A stretch of 64,000 nt of DNA from Dehalococcoidia bacterium. Lineage in GTDB: Bacteria; Chloroflexota; Dehalococcoidia; Plut-88900. The notes beneath the pieces were generated by a model. It was not told the origin of the DNA and did not search any database. It saw only the letters and a list, made by a program, of their open reading frames with translations. Shown here piece after piece: positions 1 through 7,667 of the stretch. Each line of letters begins with the position of its first letter. Position 1 is the stretch's first letter. The translations under genes were made by a program, and so were the position numbers. The stretch lies in NCBI GenBank assembly GCA_965207225.1, contig CBDBLV010000005.1, forward strand, positions 672,001 through 736,000. Direction: 5' to 3'.

Positions 1-1
1 C

Positions 2-157
2 CGCATCGTCGACCCCGAAGGCATCCACCTCTTCTTCGACTACTCCCACCACGACATCGCCGAACAATACCTCACCGACCTCGCCCTCGTAACCGCCCAA
101 ACCCGGTCCGGCAACATCACCCGCCGCCCCACCCAAACCACCTACACCCGCAGCTAG
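2..157 (+). CDS. 3' end of a gene truncated by the window edge; possibly a PLP-dependent decarboxylase/sphingosine-1-phosphate lyase-like C-terminus
   Basis: Open frame RIVDPEGIHLFFDYSHHDIAEQYLTDL...TRS* with the C-ending codon usage of + strand genes. The family guess rests only on the PxxIHL...h...YLxDL pattern. Confidence 0.4.
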   Translation, partial: RIVDPEGIHLFFDYSHHDIAEQYLTDLALVTAQTRSGNITRRPTQTTYTRS

Positions 158-212
158 CCCCATCCGGTTCCCTTCCCCCCTCGTCATCCCGAGATCCTCT
201 CCTTCCCGGTGC

Positions 213-273
213 GGGGCCGCTCACCCTGAGTTCCGTCGAAGAGCCTGCCCCTGCGTAGGCAGGGGGTCGAGCG
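213..273 (+). repeat. Repeat family C (GGCCGCTCA-n2-CTGAG-n4-GTCGAAG-n3-GAGCG), copy 1, interrupted by a 23-nt insert
   Basis: Near-identical copies at 19461-19500, 29718-29755 and 62485-62522. Confidence 0.8.
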
Positions 274-334
274 TGGGGAGGCCCACGCATCTTCAACCCC
301 TCACATAACTCCACTGACAACTCACGCCCCTCAC

Positions 335-400
335 TGTCATTCCGAACGGCAGTGAGGAATCTGGGGAGGTGCAGTGCAGGTCTCCCAACTCGCCTGGATA
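335..400 (+). repeat. Repeat family D (TGTCATTCCGA-n6-GYGAGGAATCT) with a shared 3' extension
   Basis: The core and about 40 nt downstream recur at 2562-2626. Further cores at 514-538, 19373-19400, 24905-24932 and 28559-28582. Confidence 0.85.
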
Positions 401-413
401 TGCACCCTTCCGC

Positions 414-438
414 GTAGGGGCGACCGGCGGGTCGCCCT
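414..438 (+). repeat. GTAG-type REP hairpin (GTAGGGGCGACC-n4-GGTCGCCC)
   Basis: GTAG tetramer followed by a GC-rich palindrome. Related copies at 1909-1934, 1969-1992, 17080-17108, 19424-19447, 28452-28477 and about 29191-29217. Confidence 0.8.
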
Positions 439-598
439 GGGGGCAGTGGGGGGCGGCCCGCGCATTGCTCAACCATCGCGTTGCCCCACCACGAACCCGC
501 GCCTCTCCTCTCCCATCCCGATGCCCCGCGAGGAATCTCAAACGCCCCTCCCCCAACCCACCATGATTCTTGCAACTCTCACCTCTTACTGACGTCCC

Positions 599-700
599 CC
601 CTTGGTAAAGAATTATCAGCAATGCCGCTTGGCGGCATTGCTGATAATTCAAATAAAACAGGGCGGGCGGGTGGGACTCCATTTACTCCCGGGACGGCGG
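599..700 (+). repeat. Repeat family B copy 1: fixed flanks around a perfect 19-bp palindrome (610-650)
   Basis: CCCTTGGnAAA-[palindrome]-AA(A)TAAAACAGGrCGGGCGGGTGGGAC. Second copy at 28783-28876. Confidence 0.85.
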
Positions 701-715
701 GGGGCACCCCTCCCC

Positions 716-829
716 CAGTACCAAACTAGAGGCCCACACCTGCGCCTTAGCGCAGGTGTGGGCCTCTGTTTTTTCTCCCCCTCTCCCTTACAGGCCCTAA
801 GGGAGAGGGGGACCAAGGGGGAGAGGGTT
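716..829 (+). repeat. Repeat family A copy 1 (CAGTAC-yrAAC-T-AGAGGC...GCCTCT-GTT, then a CCCCCTCTCCCTTA/TAAGGGAGAGGGGG hairpin)
   Basis: Copies at 2658-2707, 2727-2868, 2948-3064, 4699-4816 and 28902-29006; remnant at 2529-2545. Confidence 0.9.
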
Positions 830-936
830 ACCCGTGAAAGTGCAGCGCCGATTTGCTCCCGGGGCAACCGGGAGGGGGTGAGAGTTCCCCCAGGGGGCCG
901 GGGGAAAATCCCCCCAAAACTGCCCCCTTTGCCCTA

Positions 937-964
937 TTGACAAATATGCTATAAGTTCTATACT
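937..964 (+). promoter_or_regulatory. Putative sigma70 promoter for ORF 979-2061
   Basis: TTGACA (937-942), 16-nt spacer, TATACT (959-964), in an AT-rich patch 15 nt before the ATG. Confidence 0.6.
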
Positions 965-978
965 AACGTTCAGACCTA

Positions 979-2061
979 ATGTCTACACCCAAACTTCACA
1001 ACAAACCATTATCAATAGACCATCACCCCTCCAACGGGGTGCCCGCTCAAGAGGCGGCTGATCCCTCCCCGGGACCCGACCTGGCCCCGGATGCCCGCGG
1101 CCCTGCGCCGCGGAAGAACCCCCGAGGCCCGGCTCCTCAAGGAGCAATCCTCACGACCTCGGATGCCTGCGGCAACCTACCGCAGAAGAAGACCCGCACC
1201 CCCGCCCCTGCACGTCAGGAGCGCAGTCGACGCGGAAGACCGTACCCGCAAAACCGCGATGGGTCCGGTAATGCCGGCCAAGCCGAAGGCTCGTTGCCGC
1301 GTCTGGCCCCCGAGGGCCGGGGCTTCGAGCAGGAGATTTCTCTCCTTCGTTCCATGATCAACCGCCTCTTGAGCAGGCGCCCCCTGAATCACACCTACAT
1401 CTCCCGCTACATGAGACTTCTCATTCAGGCCCAGACCGCCCAGGCCAAAGCCCCCAAAGAACTCACCGACGAACAGGAAGTCGACTCCCTGATCAAGAAG
1501 CACTTCCACAAGGAAGTGGATGATGGCAATACCTCCTACTATGACCTCCTGCCCGTCCGCACCGCCCAACCCGGGGACAAATGGTGGCCGTGGAGGCAGC
1601 TGGTGTCTATTGATGAACGACGCCGGGACGGCCTCATCGATGAAGAGGACTCCACCATGATGGATGCCATGAAAGAGGCCGAGTCCAGCTACTACGGACT
1701 GTCCGACGATGATCCCCCCGACGACACTGACACTTTCGATGATGACCCCGACGACGATGACTATGACCCGGATGACCCGGATTCTTCTTCCAATCCCGAC
1801 AACCAAGACCCCGATGATGAAGACCCCCACCCCGACTACCCGCCCTGCAACCATAACCTGGACGATGACGCCCCGCCCCCCGAAGAAATGGGTCCATCCC
1901 TCTCCCCTGTAGGGGTGCCCCTTGTGGGTACCCTGGACGCCGCCCACGCCGATACCCTCCCCTCCCCCGTAGGGGCGACCGGCCGGTCGCCCGGTTGGGC
2001 CTACCCTTTTCCCAGCCCCTCACCCAAACCCCGCATCGCCAGAGGCCGCCCCCCGCCCTGA
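979..2061 (+). CDS. Hypothetical protein with Pro-rich N-terminus, helical core (FEQEISLLRSMINRLL) and Asp/Pro-rich low-complexity tail
   Basis: 360-aa ORF with an upstream promoter and typical + strand codon usage. The C-terminus is made of translated REP hairpins. Confidence 0.65.
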   Translation: MSTPKLHNKPLSIDHHPSNGVPAQEAADPSPGPDLAPDARGPAPRKNPRGPAPQGAILTTSDACGNLPQKKTRTPAPARQERSRRGRPYPQNRDGSGNAGQAEGSLPRLAPEGRGFEQEISLLRSMINRLLSRRPLNHTYISRYMRLLIQAQTAQAKAPKELTDEQEVDSLIKKHFHKEVDDGNTSYYDLLPVRTAQPGDKWWPWRQLVSIDERRRDGLIDEEDSTMMDAMKEAESSYYGLSDDDPPDDTDTFDDDPDDDDYDPDDPDSSSNPDNQDPDDEDPHPDYPPCNHNLDDDAPPPEEMGPSLSPVGVPLVGTLDAAHADTLPSPVGATGRSPGWAYPFPSPSPKPRIARGRPPP

Positions 2062-2123
2062 CCCAAATAACCCGCGCCCTAAAACTGAATACCACAACCC
2101 CCCAGTCTGCCTTGGAGTAAGCA

Positions 2124-2582
2124 TTGAGAAGACCGAGAAGACTGAGAAAATCTAAGGGATACAGAAGACGCCTTGAAGGCCTCGTAGGCAAGCGCACGCG
2201 CTTCACCGCCGTGTTGAGAAGGCGCTACAGTGGCCCCCGCCGCGTCTTGCTGGTAGACGTCCGCAACCCCGAGACCGGCGCCCAGGTCACCGACCACCTC
2301 TGGTTTAACGAAGGAAAGTGGAGCTCTCGCATACGCCCCCGCAACACCATCGCCTTCGACGCCCGCGTCGTCCCCTACCTCAAGGGACGCGGCCCCGCCA
2401 AATTCCTCGACTACAGGCTCGAACGCCCCACCCAGGTCCAGGTCCTCAGCCGCCACCCCTGCTCTCCCCGAAACTCATCCCGCCCAAACCGCAACGCCCG
2501 CAGGCTGCTGATATCCCAACCCTCTCCCCAGTCTGAACCAGAGGCTTTCACCCTCTCCCATTGTCATTCCGAACGGCAGTGA
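2124..2582 (+). CDS. Hypothetical basic protein (VLLxDV...VTDHLWF..GK...FDARV..Y.KG)
   Basis: GGAG RBS then TTG start; globular-looking core. The 3' end runs into repeat DNA. Confidence 0.65.
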   Translation: MRRPRRLRKSKGYRRRLEGLVGKRTRFTAVLRRRYSGPRRVLLVDVRNPETGAQVTDHLWFNEGKWSSRIRPRNTIAFDARVVPYLKGRGPAKFLDYRLERPTQVQVLSRHPCSPRNSSRPNRNARRLLISQPSPQSEPEAFTLSHCHSERQ

Positions 2583-2626
2583 GGAATCTGGGGAGGTGAG
2601 GTGCAGGTCTCGCAATTCACCTGGAC
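2562..2626 (+). repeat. Repeat family D copy with extension
   Basis: Direct repeat of 335-400. Confidence 0.85.
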
Positions 2627-2657
2627 ATTCGGGACAGCAACTCTCCCCTCTCCCCAC

Positions 2658-3064
2658 CAGCACTGAACTAGAGGCCCACGTGCGTGCCTGCATCCACGTG
2701 GGCCGTTATTATTCCCTCCCCTCCCCCAGTACCAAACTAGAGGCAAGCGCCTGCGCCTTGGCGCAGGCGCTTGCCTCTGTTTAACTCTCCCCCTCTCCCT
2801 TACAAGCCCTAAGAGCCTGCCCCGAGTCCCTCGAGGAGGAGAGGGCGACCAAGGGAGTGAGGGTTCCCCGTTGGTTGGCTGTATCCTCGCCAGGAATCCA
2901 TTTCACCCAACAGCCAAGATTCCATCTCGTTCTGTTCCTCTCCCCCCCAGTACCGAACTGGAGGCCCACGTGCGTGCTCTGCACGCACGTGGGCCTCTGT
3001 TCTTCTCTCCCCCTCTCCCTTAAAGGCCCTAAGGGAGAGGGGGACCAAGGGGGAGAGGGTTCCC
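2658..3064 (+). repeat. Cluster of three family A units (2658-2707 degenerate, 2727-2868, 2948-3064)
   Basis: Repeated CAGyAC-nnAACTrGAGGC heads with different palindrome cores. Confidence 0.9.
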
Positions 3065-3167
3065 TTCGTAGTCAAGGCGTATTCTGGGAAGCACCCCCTT
3101 GGCGGACAAGCCATCCCCCACCCCCTATGCTACAATCCCCCAAAACCCTCCCCCGACGGCTCACACC

Positions 3168-3518
3168 ATGCTTTACATACTCCTCGCCACCCTCACGACC
3201 GACGGTCAGCGCAAGCTCATCGACAACCCTGACCTCATCAATCAGGTCGCCAAAGAGATCAACGTTCCCCACGCCAGCCTCCTCTCCCGCTACATGGTTC
3301 TCGGCCGGTACGACTTCGTTCTAATCGCCCAGGCCGACGACCCCGAGTCCGCCGCCCGTCTCTCCCTCGAGTTCGGCCTCCGCGCCGGCGTCCACACCGA
3401 GACCCTCCAGGCCATCAACGTTGACCTCCTCGCCGGCGCCTCCGAAGACGACCTCCTCTCCGCCATCACCGAGACCTTCGCCCCCGCCGACGGCGCTCCC
3501 CCCACCCCCGACACCTAA
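3168..3518 (+). CDS. GYD domain-containing protein
   Basis: MLYILLATLTTDG...YMVLGRYDFVLI...TETLQA matches the GYD family pattern; start taken at ATG 3168. Confidence 0.85.
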   Translation: MLYILLATLTTDGQRKLIDNPDLINQVAKEINVPHASLLSRYMVLGRYDFVLIAQADDPESAARLSLEFGLRAGVHTETLQAINVDLLAGASEDDLLSAITETFAPADGAPPTPDT

Positions 3519-3534
3519 CAGAAAGGGCCAACCC

Positions 3535-4689
3535 ATGACCACCCTGGACTTCGAAATATCCGAGTTCGAAGACCGCCAGACCAGGACACGCGCCGCCATG
3601 GAAGCGGCCGGCATTGACCTCCTCATCGTCACCCACCCCGTCCACATCCACTGGCTCATCGGCAGCCGTATCAAGGGCTACCAGGAATTCCAGGCCCTCC
3701 TCTTCACCCTCGAACCCTCCGACAACCTCCTCCTGACCCGCTTCGCAGATGTGGTCGAAGCAGCCGACCTCTCCCTCTCCAACGACGTACGCGGCTGGGG
3801 CCGGGACCCCGGCGACGACGCCATCCCCATCCTCAAGTCCATCCTTGAAGAGAAAAGCTACCTCAACCGCAAGATCGGCCTCGAAGTCCCCGACACCTAT
3901 CTCAACGTCCACGACTACCTCCAGCTCCGCGACATCCTCGGTGACTCCCTCGTCTCCGAACTCACTGGCCTCGTCGAGAAGCTCAAGCTCGTCAAGTCTC
4001 CCGCCGAACTCGTCTACATCCGCAAAGCCTCCGACATCAACGACGCCGTCCATCAGACCTGCATCGACACCCTCGCCGCCGGCAAGACCGAGTTCGAAGT
4101 CGTCGCCGATATGCACCGCACCATGATCGCCAACTTCGGCGACTTCACCTCCAGCCCCATGAACTTCGTCAGCGGCGAGCGCACCGTCTACTCCCACGGC
4201 TTCCCCTCCGAGCGAGTCATGCAACATGGCGACCTCGTCCATCACGAATACGGTGCCGCTTACCGGCGCTACACTTGTACCATCGGCCGGGTCCTCTGCA
4301 TCGGCGAACCAACGGCCCGTATGAAAGAGGTCTACCAGGTCGTCCGTGACGCCTGCGACGCCCAGATAGCTGCCATCAAGGACGGCGTAGCCGCCTCCGT
4401 CCCCCACGAAGCCGCTAAGAAAGTCATCGGCGATGCTGGCATGGAGGAAGGCCGGTGGCACACCAGCGGCTACGGCATCGCCCCCAGCTTCCCCCCGAGA
4501 TGGTCCGAGGACATCCAGATGGACGGCACCACCGACGAACCCCTCCGCAGCGGCATGGTCCTCTCCATCGAACCCCCCGTCTTCCTCCCCGAGGAAAAGC
4601 TCGGTGCCCGCATCATCGACAACGTCCTCGTAACAGACACCGGCGCCGAAATCCTCTCCAAAACCTCCCGAGACCTCACCATCGTCTGA
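3535..4689 (+). CDS. M24 family hydrolase, creatinase/ectoine hydrolase (DoeA/EutD)-like
   Basis: Creatinase N-domain, KSPAEL linker, GYGIAPSFPPRWSE and GMVLSIEP. The aminopeptidase P metal ligands are partly lost. Confidence 0.85.
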   Translation: MTTLDFEISEFEDRQTRTRAAMEAAGIDLLIVTHPVHIHWLIGSRIKGYQEFQALLFTLEPSDNLLLTRFADVVEAADLSLSNDVRGWGRDPGDDAIPILKSILEEKSYLNRKIGLEVPDTYLNVHDYLQLRDILGDSLVSELTGLVEKLKLVKSPAELVYIRKASDINDAVHQTCIDTLAAGKTEFEVVADMHRTMIANFGDFTSSPMNFVSGERTVYSHGFPSERVMQHGDLVHHEYGAAYRRYTCTIGRVLCIGEPTARMKEVYQVVRDACDAQIAAIKDGVAASVPHEAAKKVIGDAGMEEGRWHTSGYGIAPSFPPRWSEDIQMDGTTDEPLRSGMVLSIEPPVFLPEEKLGARIIDNVLVTDTGAEILSKTSRDLTIV

Positions 4690-4698
4690 CCCCCTCCT

Positions 4699-4816
4699 CA
4701 GTACTGAACTAGAGGCCCGCATTGGCGCTCTACGCCAATGCGGGCCTCTGTTCTTATCTCCCCCTCTCCCTTATCGGCCCTAAGGGAGAGGGGGACCAAG
4801 GGGGTGAGGGTTTCCC
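4699..4816 (+). repeat. Repeat family A copy
   Basis: CAGTACTGAACTAGAGGCCCGCATTGGCG-ctcta-CGCCAATGCGGGCCTCTGTTC followed by the second hairpin. Confidence 0.9.
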
Positions 4817-4920
4817 CTGTGGAGTCGTGGGAGCAGCATTCCGAGAGTGTAGGACGGTCCGAACTCCACTTAATCCTGAGGTGCTGGGGGGCGTCGCAGC
4901 TTTCCTTGGACGTAGACCCC

Positions 4921-6027
4921 CTACCCCACCCCCACATCTACCGGGAACTCCCTCACCTCCCCACCCATCCCCGCCACCACCGCTCGACCCGCCGCCACCG
5001 ACGCTGTCCTCGCCATCTCCACGTCAACCTCGAACGCCTCTCCCTCCACCGTGATAGTGTACCGACGCCGGGCAACCGCCGTACCCAGGTACTCCTTCAC
5101 CCTCTCAACCCCGGCTTCCTGCTCCCTCAACGCCTCGTGCGCCTCCTCCAGTGTGACCTTCTGGAAGCGCATCTCGTCACCCGGCATCCTCTGGGCTACC
5201 TTGCCTATGTCTGCGCTTATCACAGTCGCCGGCTTCGTGTAGCCCCCCGACGTCCCCCGGTCCGCCATCAGCACTATCGGCTGCCCGTCCCCCGACACCT
5301 GCACACCCCCAAACGGTATCCCGTCCGATATGATGTCCGGCCCCGATACGTGCTCTATCTTCGGCCCCTGCAACCGGTACCCCATCCTGTCGGACTGTGC
5401 CGACACCGTGAATGCCTCCCCCAGGAGAGTGTCTAGACCTGACTCCGTGAACCTGTCGTCCTGCGGCCCCAGGATCACCCGGATGGGCAGACTGGCGTCA
5501 TACCTCGGCACGAGGCTGCGCGGTATCCGTCTCCCCGACATCCCACCCGACGAGTCCGGCAGGCGCGTAACCAGCATGTCCCCGGCCTTCAGTGCCCGAC
5601 CGTCGAACCCCCCAATCCCCGCCTTCATAAACGTCGACTTGCTCCCCATCACCACCGGCACGTCCAGCCCCCCGGCCACCGCCACGTAGGCCCGTGTCCC
5701 CGACTCCTGCCCCCCGAAGGAAAGCAAGTTCCCCTGCTGCACCGTCGCCGAACCCCACGTCGGAATCGGCGAACCATTGATGCTGGGCGACAGGTCGGCC
5801 CCCGTAACCGCAATCACCGCCGCCGACCTGAACCTCAACCTCGGCCCCGACAGCGTCACTTCCAGGCAAGCCTCTTCTTCCGGATTGCCCACCAGCAGGT
5901 TCGCCAGCCGCAGCGCCACCGGGTCCATCGCCCCCGATACCGGCACCCCGTGCCTCAGATATCCGAACCTTCCCACGTCCTGTACCGTGGTCAGCAGCCC
6001 TGGCTCGATGACCTCGATTACGCCCAT
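4921..6027 (-). CDS. pxpC: 5-oxoprolinase subunit C (allophanate hydrolase subunit 2 family)
   Basis: PGLLTTVQDxGR, GVPVSGAMD, SDRMGYRL and GGYxK motifs; operon with pxpA and pxpB. Confidence 0.92.
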   Translation of the reverse strand: MGVIEVIEPGLLTTVQDVGRFGYLRHGVPVSGAMDPVALRLANLLVGNPEEEACLEVTLSGPRLRFRSAAVIAVTGADLSPSINGSPIPTWGSATVQQGNLLSFGGQESGTRAYVAVAGGLDVPVVMGSKSTFMKAGIGGFDGRALKAGDMLVTRLPDSSGGMSGRRIPRSLVPRYDASLPIRVILGPQDDRFTESGLDTLLGEAFTVSAQSDRMGYRLQGPKIEHVSGPDIISDGIPFGGVQVSGDGQPIVLMADRGTSGGYTKPATVISADIGKVAQRMPGDEMRFQKVTLEEAHEALREQEAGVERVKEYLGTAVARRRYTITVEGEAFEVDVEMARTASVAAGRAVVAGMGGEVREFPVDVGVG

Positions 6028-6034
6028 CCTCTAA

Positions 6035-6769
6035 TCACCCTGCTTCCCGAATCGTGACCTTGAACGTCCCTGCTTCCACCTCGCCCTCGATCTCCCTGTA
6101 CCTGATCTCGTCGATGGACGTGAACCTCACCAGGTCACCCGCCATCACCAGCGAAGGCGGCTCCCTCCCCGGGTCGAACATCCTTATCGGAGACCTGCCT
6201 ATCACCCTCCACCCTCCCGGACTCGCCAGCGGGTATATCCCCGTCTGCCGCTCCGCTATCCCCACCGATCCCGGCACCATCCGCACCCGGGGCGTAGGCA
6301 GCCGAGGCGTAGCTATCCTCTCCGACATTCCGCCCAGGTACGGGAACCCTGGATTGAAGCCGACCATGTACACCAGGTAGTCTGACCCCGTGTGGACTTC
6401 CACCACTTCCGCCTCGCTGATCCCGTTGTGCGAAGCCACAAAGTCGATGTCCGGGCCATACTCTCCCCCGTACAGCGTGGGAATCTCCACGATCTTCGCC
6501 CCACCCAGCTCCGCATCCTCCAGGTTCCCGTACAACACCGAGATCTGCTCCTTGAGCACCTCGGGTTCCACCGTCAACGGATCGTAGTAGACGAGGATGG
6601 AGCGGTAAGTCGGGGCAAGGGCCTGAACGCCCGCAAGGTCGGCCTTATCAATCGCGCTGAGCAGGTTGCGAATGCCCCGGTTTACTTCGGGCGTGATCTC
6701 ATCACCCACCTCAACGAATAGCGAGCGGTCACCGCCGTTCCGAAAGCTGAGTTCGCTGAAGAGTGGCAT
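6035..6769 (-). CDS. pxpB: 5-oxoprolinase subunit B
   Basis: YGGEYGPD, GFNPGFPYLGG, GSVGIA and SPGGW motifs. Confidence 0.95.
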   Translation of the reverse strand: MPLFSELSFRNGGDRSLFVEVGDEITPEVNRGIRNLLSAIDKADLAGVQALAPTYRSILVYYDPLTVEPEVLKEQISVLYGNLEDAELGGAKIVEIPTLYGGEYGPDIDFVASHNGISEAEVVEVHTGSDYLVYMVGFNPGFPYLGGMSERIATPRLPTPRVRMVPGSVGIAERQTGIYPLASPGGWRVIGRSPIRMFDPGREPPSLVMAGDLVRFTSIDEIRYREIEGEVEAGTFKVTIREAG

Positions 6770-6797
6770 TCCTTGGATTCTGCGAATAGGAGAGGAC

Positions 6798-7562
6798 CTA
6801 GCAGAAGGTACCCATCGGCGTCACCTCTACCCCCGACTCCTCGAACCGCCTCCGGATCGCCGACGCCAGTTCCACCGCCCCCGGGTTGTCCCCATGTAGG
6901 CAGATCGTATCCGCCTCCACCGGGATCTCCTCGCCCGTGATCGCCGTGATCTTGCCCTCGGTCACCATCTTCAGGCTCCGCTCCACCACCATGTCCGGAT
7001 CGTGCAGCACCGAACCTTCCACCGACCTCGCCACCAACGTCCCATCCGCGTTGAAAGCTCTATCCGCAAACGTCTCCTGGGCAATCCTGTTGCCCATCTC
7101 CTTCCCGATCTTCACCCAGTTAGTGCCAGCCAGCACCACCAGTATGATCTCCGGGTCGATGTCCAGGATAGCCTGGCAGATTCCCTTGGCAAGGTCGTCG
7201 TTCTTCACCGCCGCGTTATAGAGCGCCCCGTGCGCCTTCACGTGCTGCAGCTTTGCCCCCCCGAGGAACCCCTGCAGAGCCCCGACTTGATACTTCACGT
7301 AAGCCCGTGCCTCCTCCGGTGTCGCCGTCATGTTCCTCCGCCCAAATCCCAGCAGGTCCGGGAAGCTCGGGTGCGCCCCTATGGCCACCCCGTTCTCCTT
7401 CGCCAGGTTCACCGTGTGCTGCATCCACACCGGGTCCCCTGCATGGTAGCCGCACGCCACATTGGAAGAAGTAACGTGCTTGATTACCTCTTCGTCCAAG
7501 CCCATCTTCCACGCCCCGAAGCTCTCTCCCATGTCGCAATTGAAGTCTATTTTTGCCGCCAT
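6798..7562 (-). CDS. pxpA: 5-oxoprolinase subunit A (LamB/YcsF)
   Basis: DFNCDMGESFG, NVACGYHAGDP, HVKAHGALYN and ICLHGD motifs. Confidence 0.95.
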   Translation of the reverse strand: MAAKIDFNCDMGESFGAWKMGLDEEVIKHVTSSNVACGYHAGDPVWMQHTVNLAKENGVAIGAHPSFPDLLGFGRRNMTATPEEARAYVKYQVGALQGFLGGAKLQHVKAHGALYNAAVKNDDLAKGICQAILDIDPEIILVVLAGTNWVKIGKEMGNRIAQETFADRAFNADGTLVARSVEGSVLHDPDMVVERSLKMVTEGKITAITGEEIPVEADTICLHGDNPGAVELASAIRRRFEESGVEVTPMGTFC

Positions 7563-7667
7563 CTCCTGTTGCCCCCCGACTCGAAATACTGGGTGTCCGA
7601 ATATGAGCTATCCTACAAGTCGCCCGCTTTGAGTGTCAATGAACACCCACCCCCGAGACATTCCGCT

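Noticed and set aside
117-940. Short overlapping ORFs in the first kb (and similarly at 2475-3114, 4698-5054 and 28307-29727)
   Set aside because: They are translations of palindromic repeat DNA, with no RBS or domain motifs and low complexity.
943-970. LexA (GAAC-N4-GTTC) boxes at the module promoters (also 29086-29097)
   Set aside because: Only half-sites match (GTTC or GAAC), which is insufficient support.
716-3064. Family A units as a CRISPR array or canonical integron attC sites
   Set aside because: Units are about 110 bp and irregularly spaced, and there is no cas or intI gene in the window. AAC...GTT is present, but the RYYYAAC/GTTRRRY boxes and the unpaired central spacer are not matched.
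7002-7667. N-terminal 222 aa of the 619-aa ORF call
   Set aside because: It is antisense to pxpA; methyltransferase homology begins at ATG 7668.
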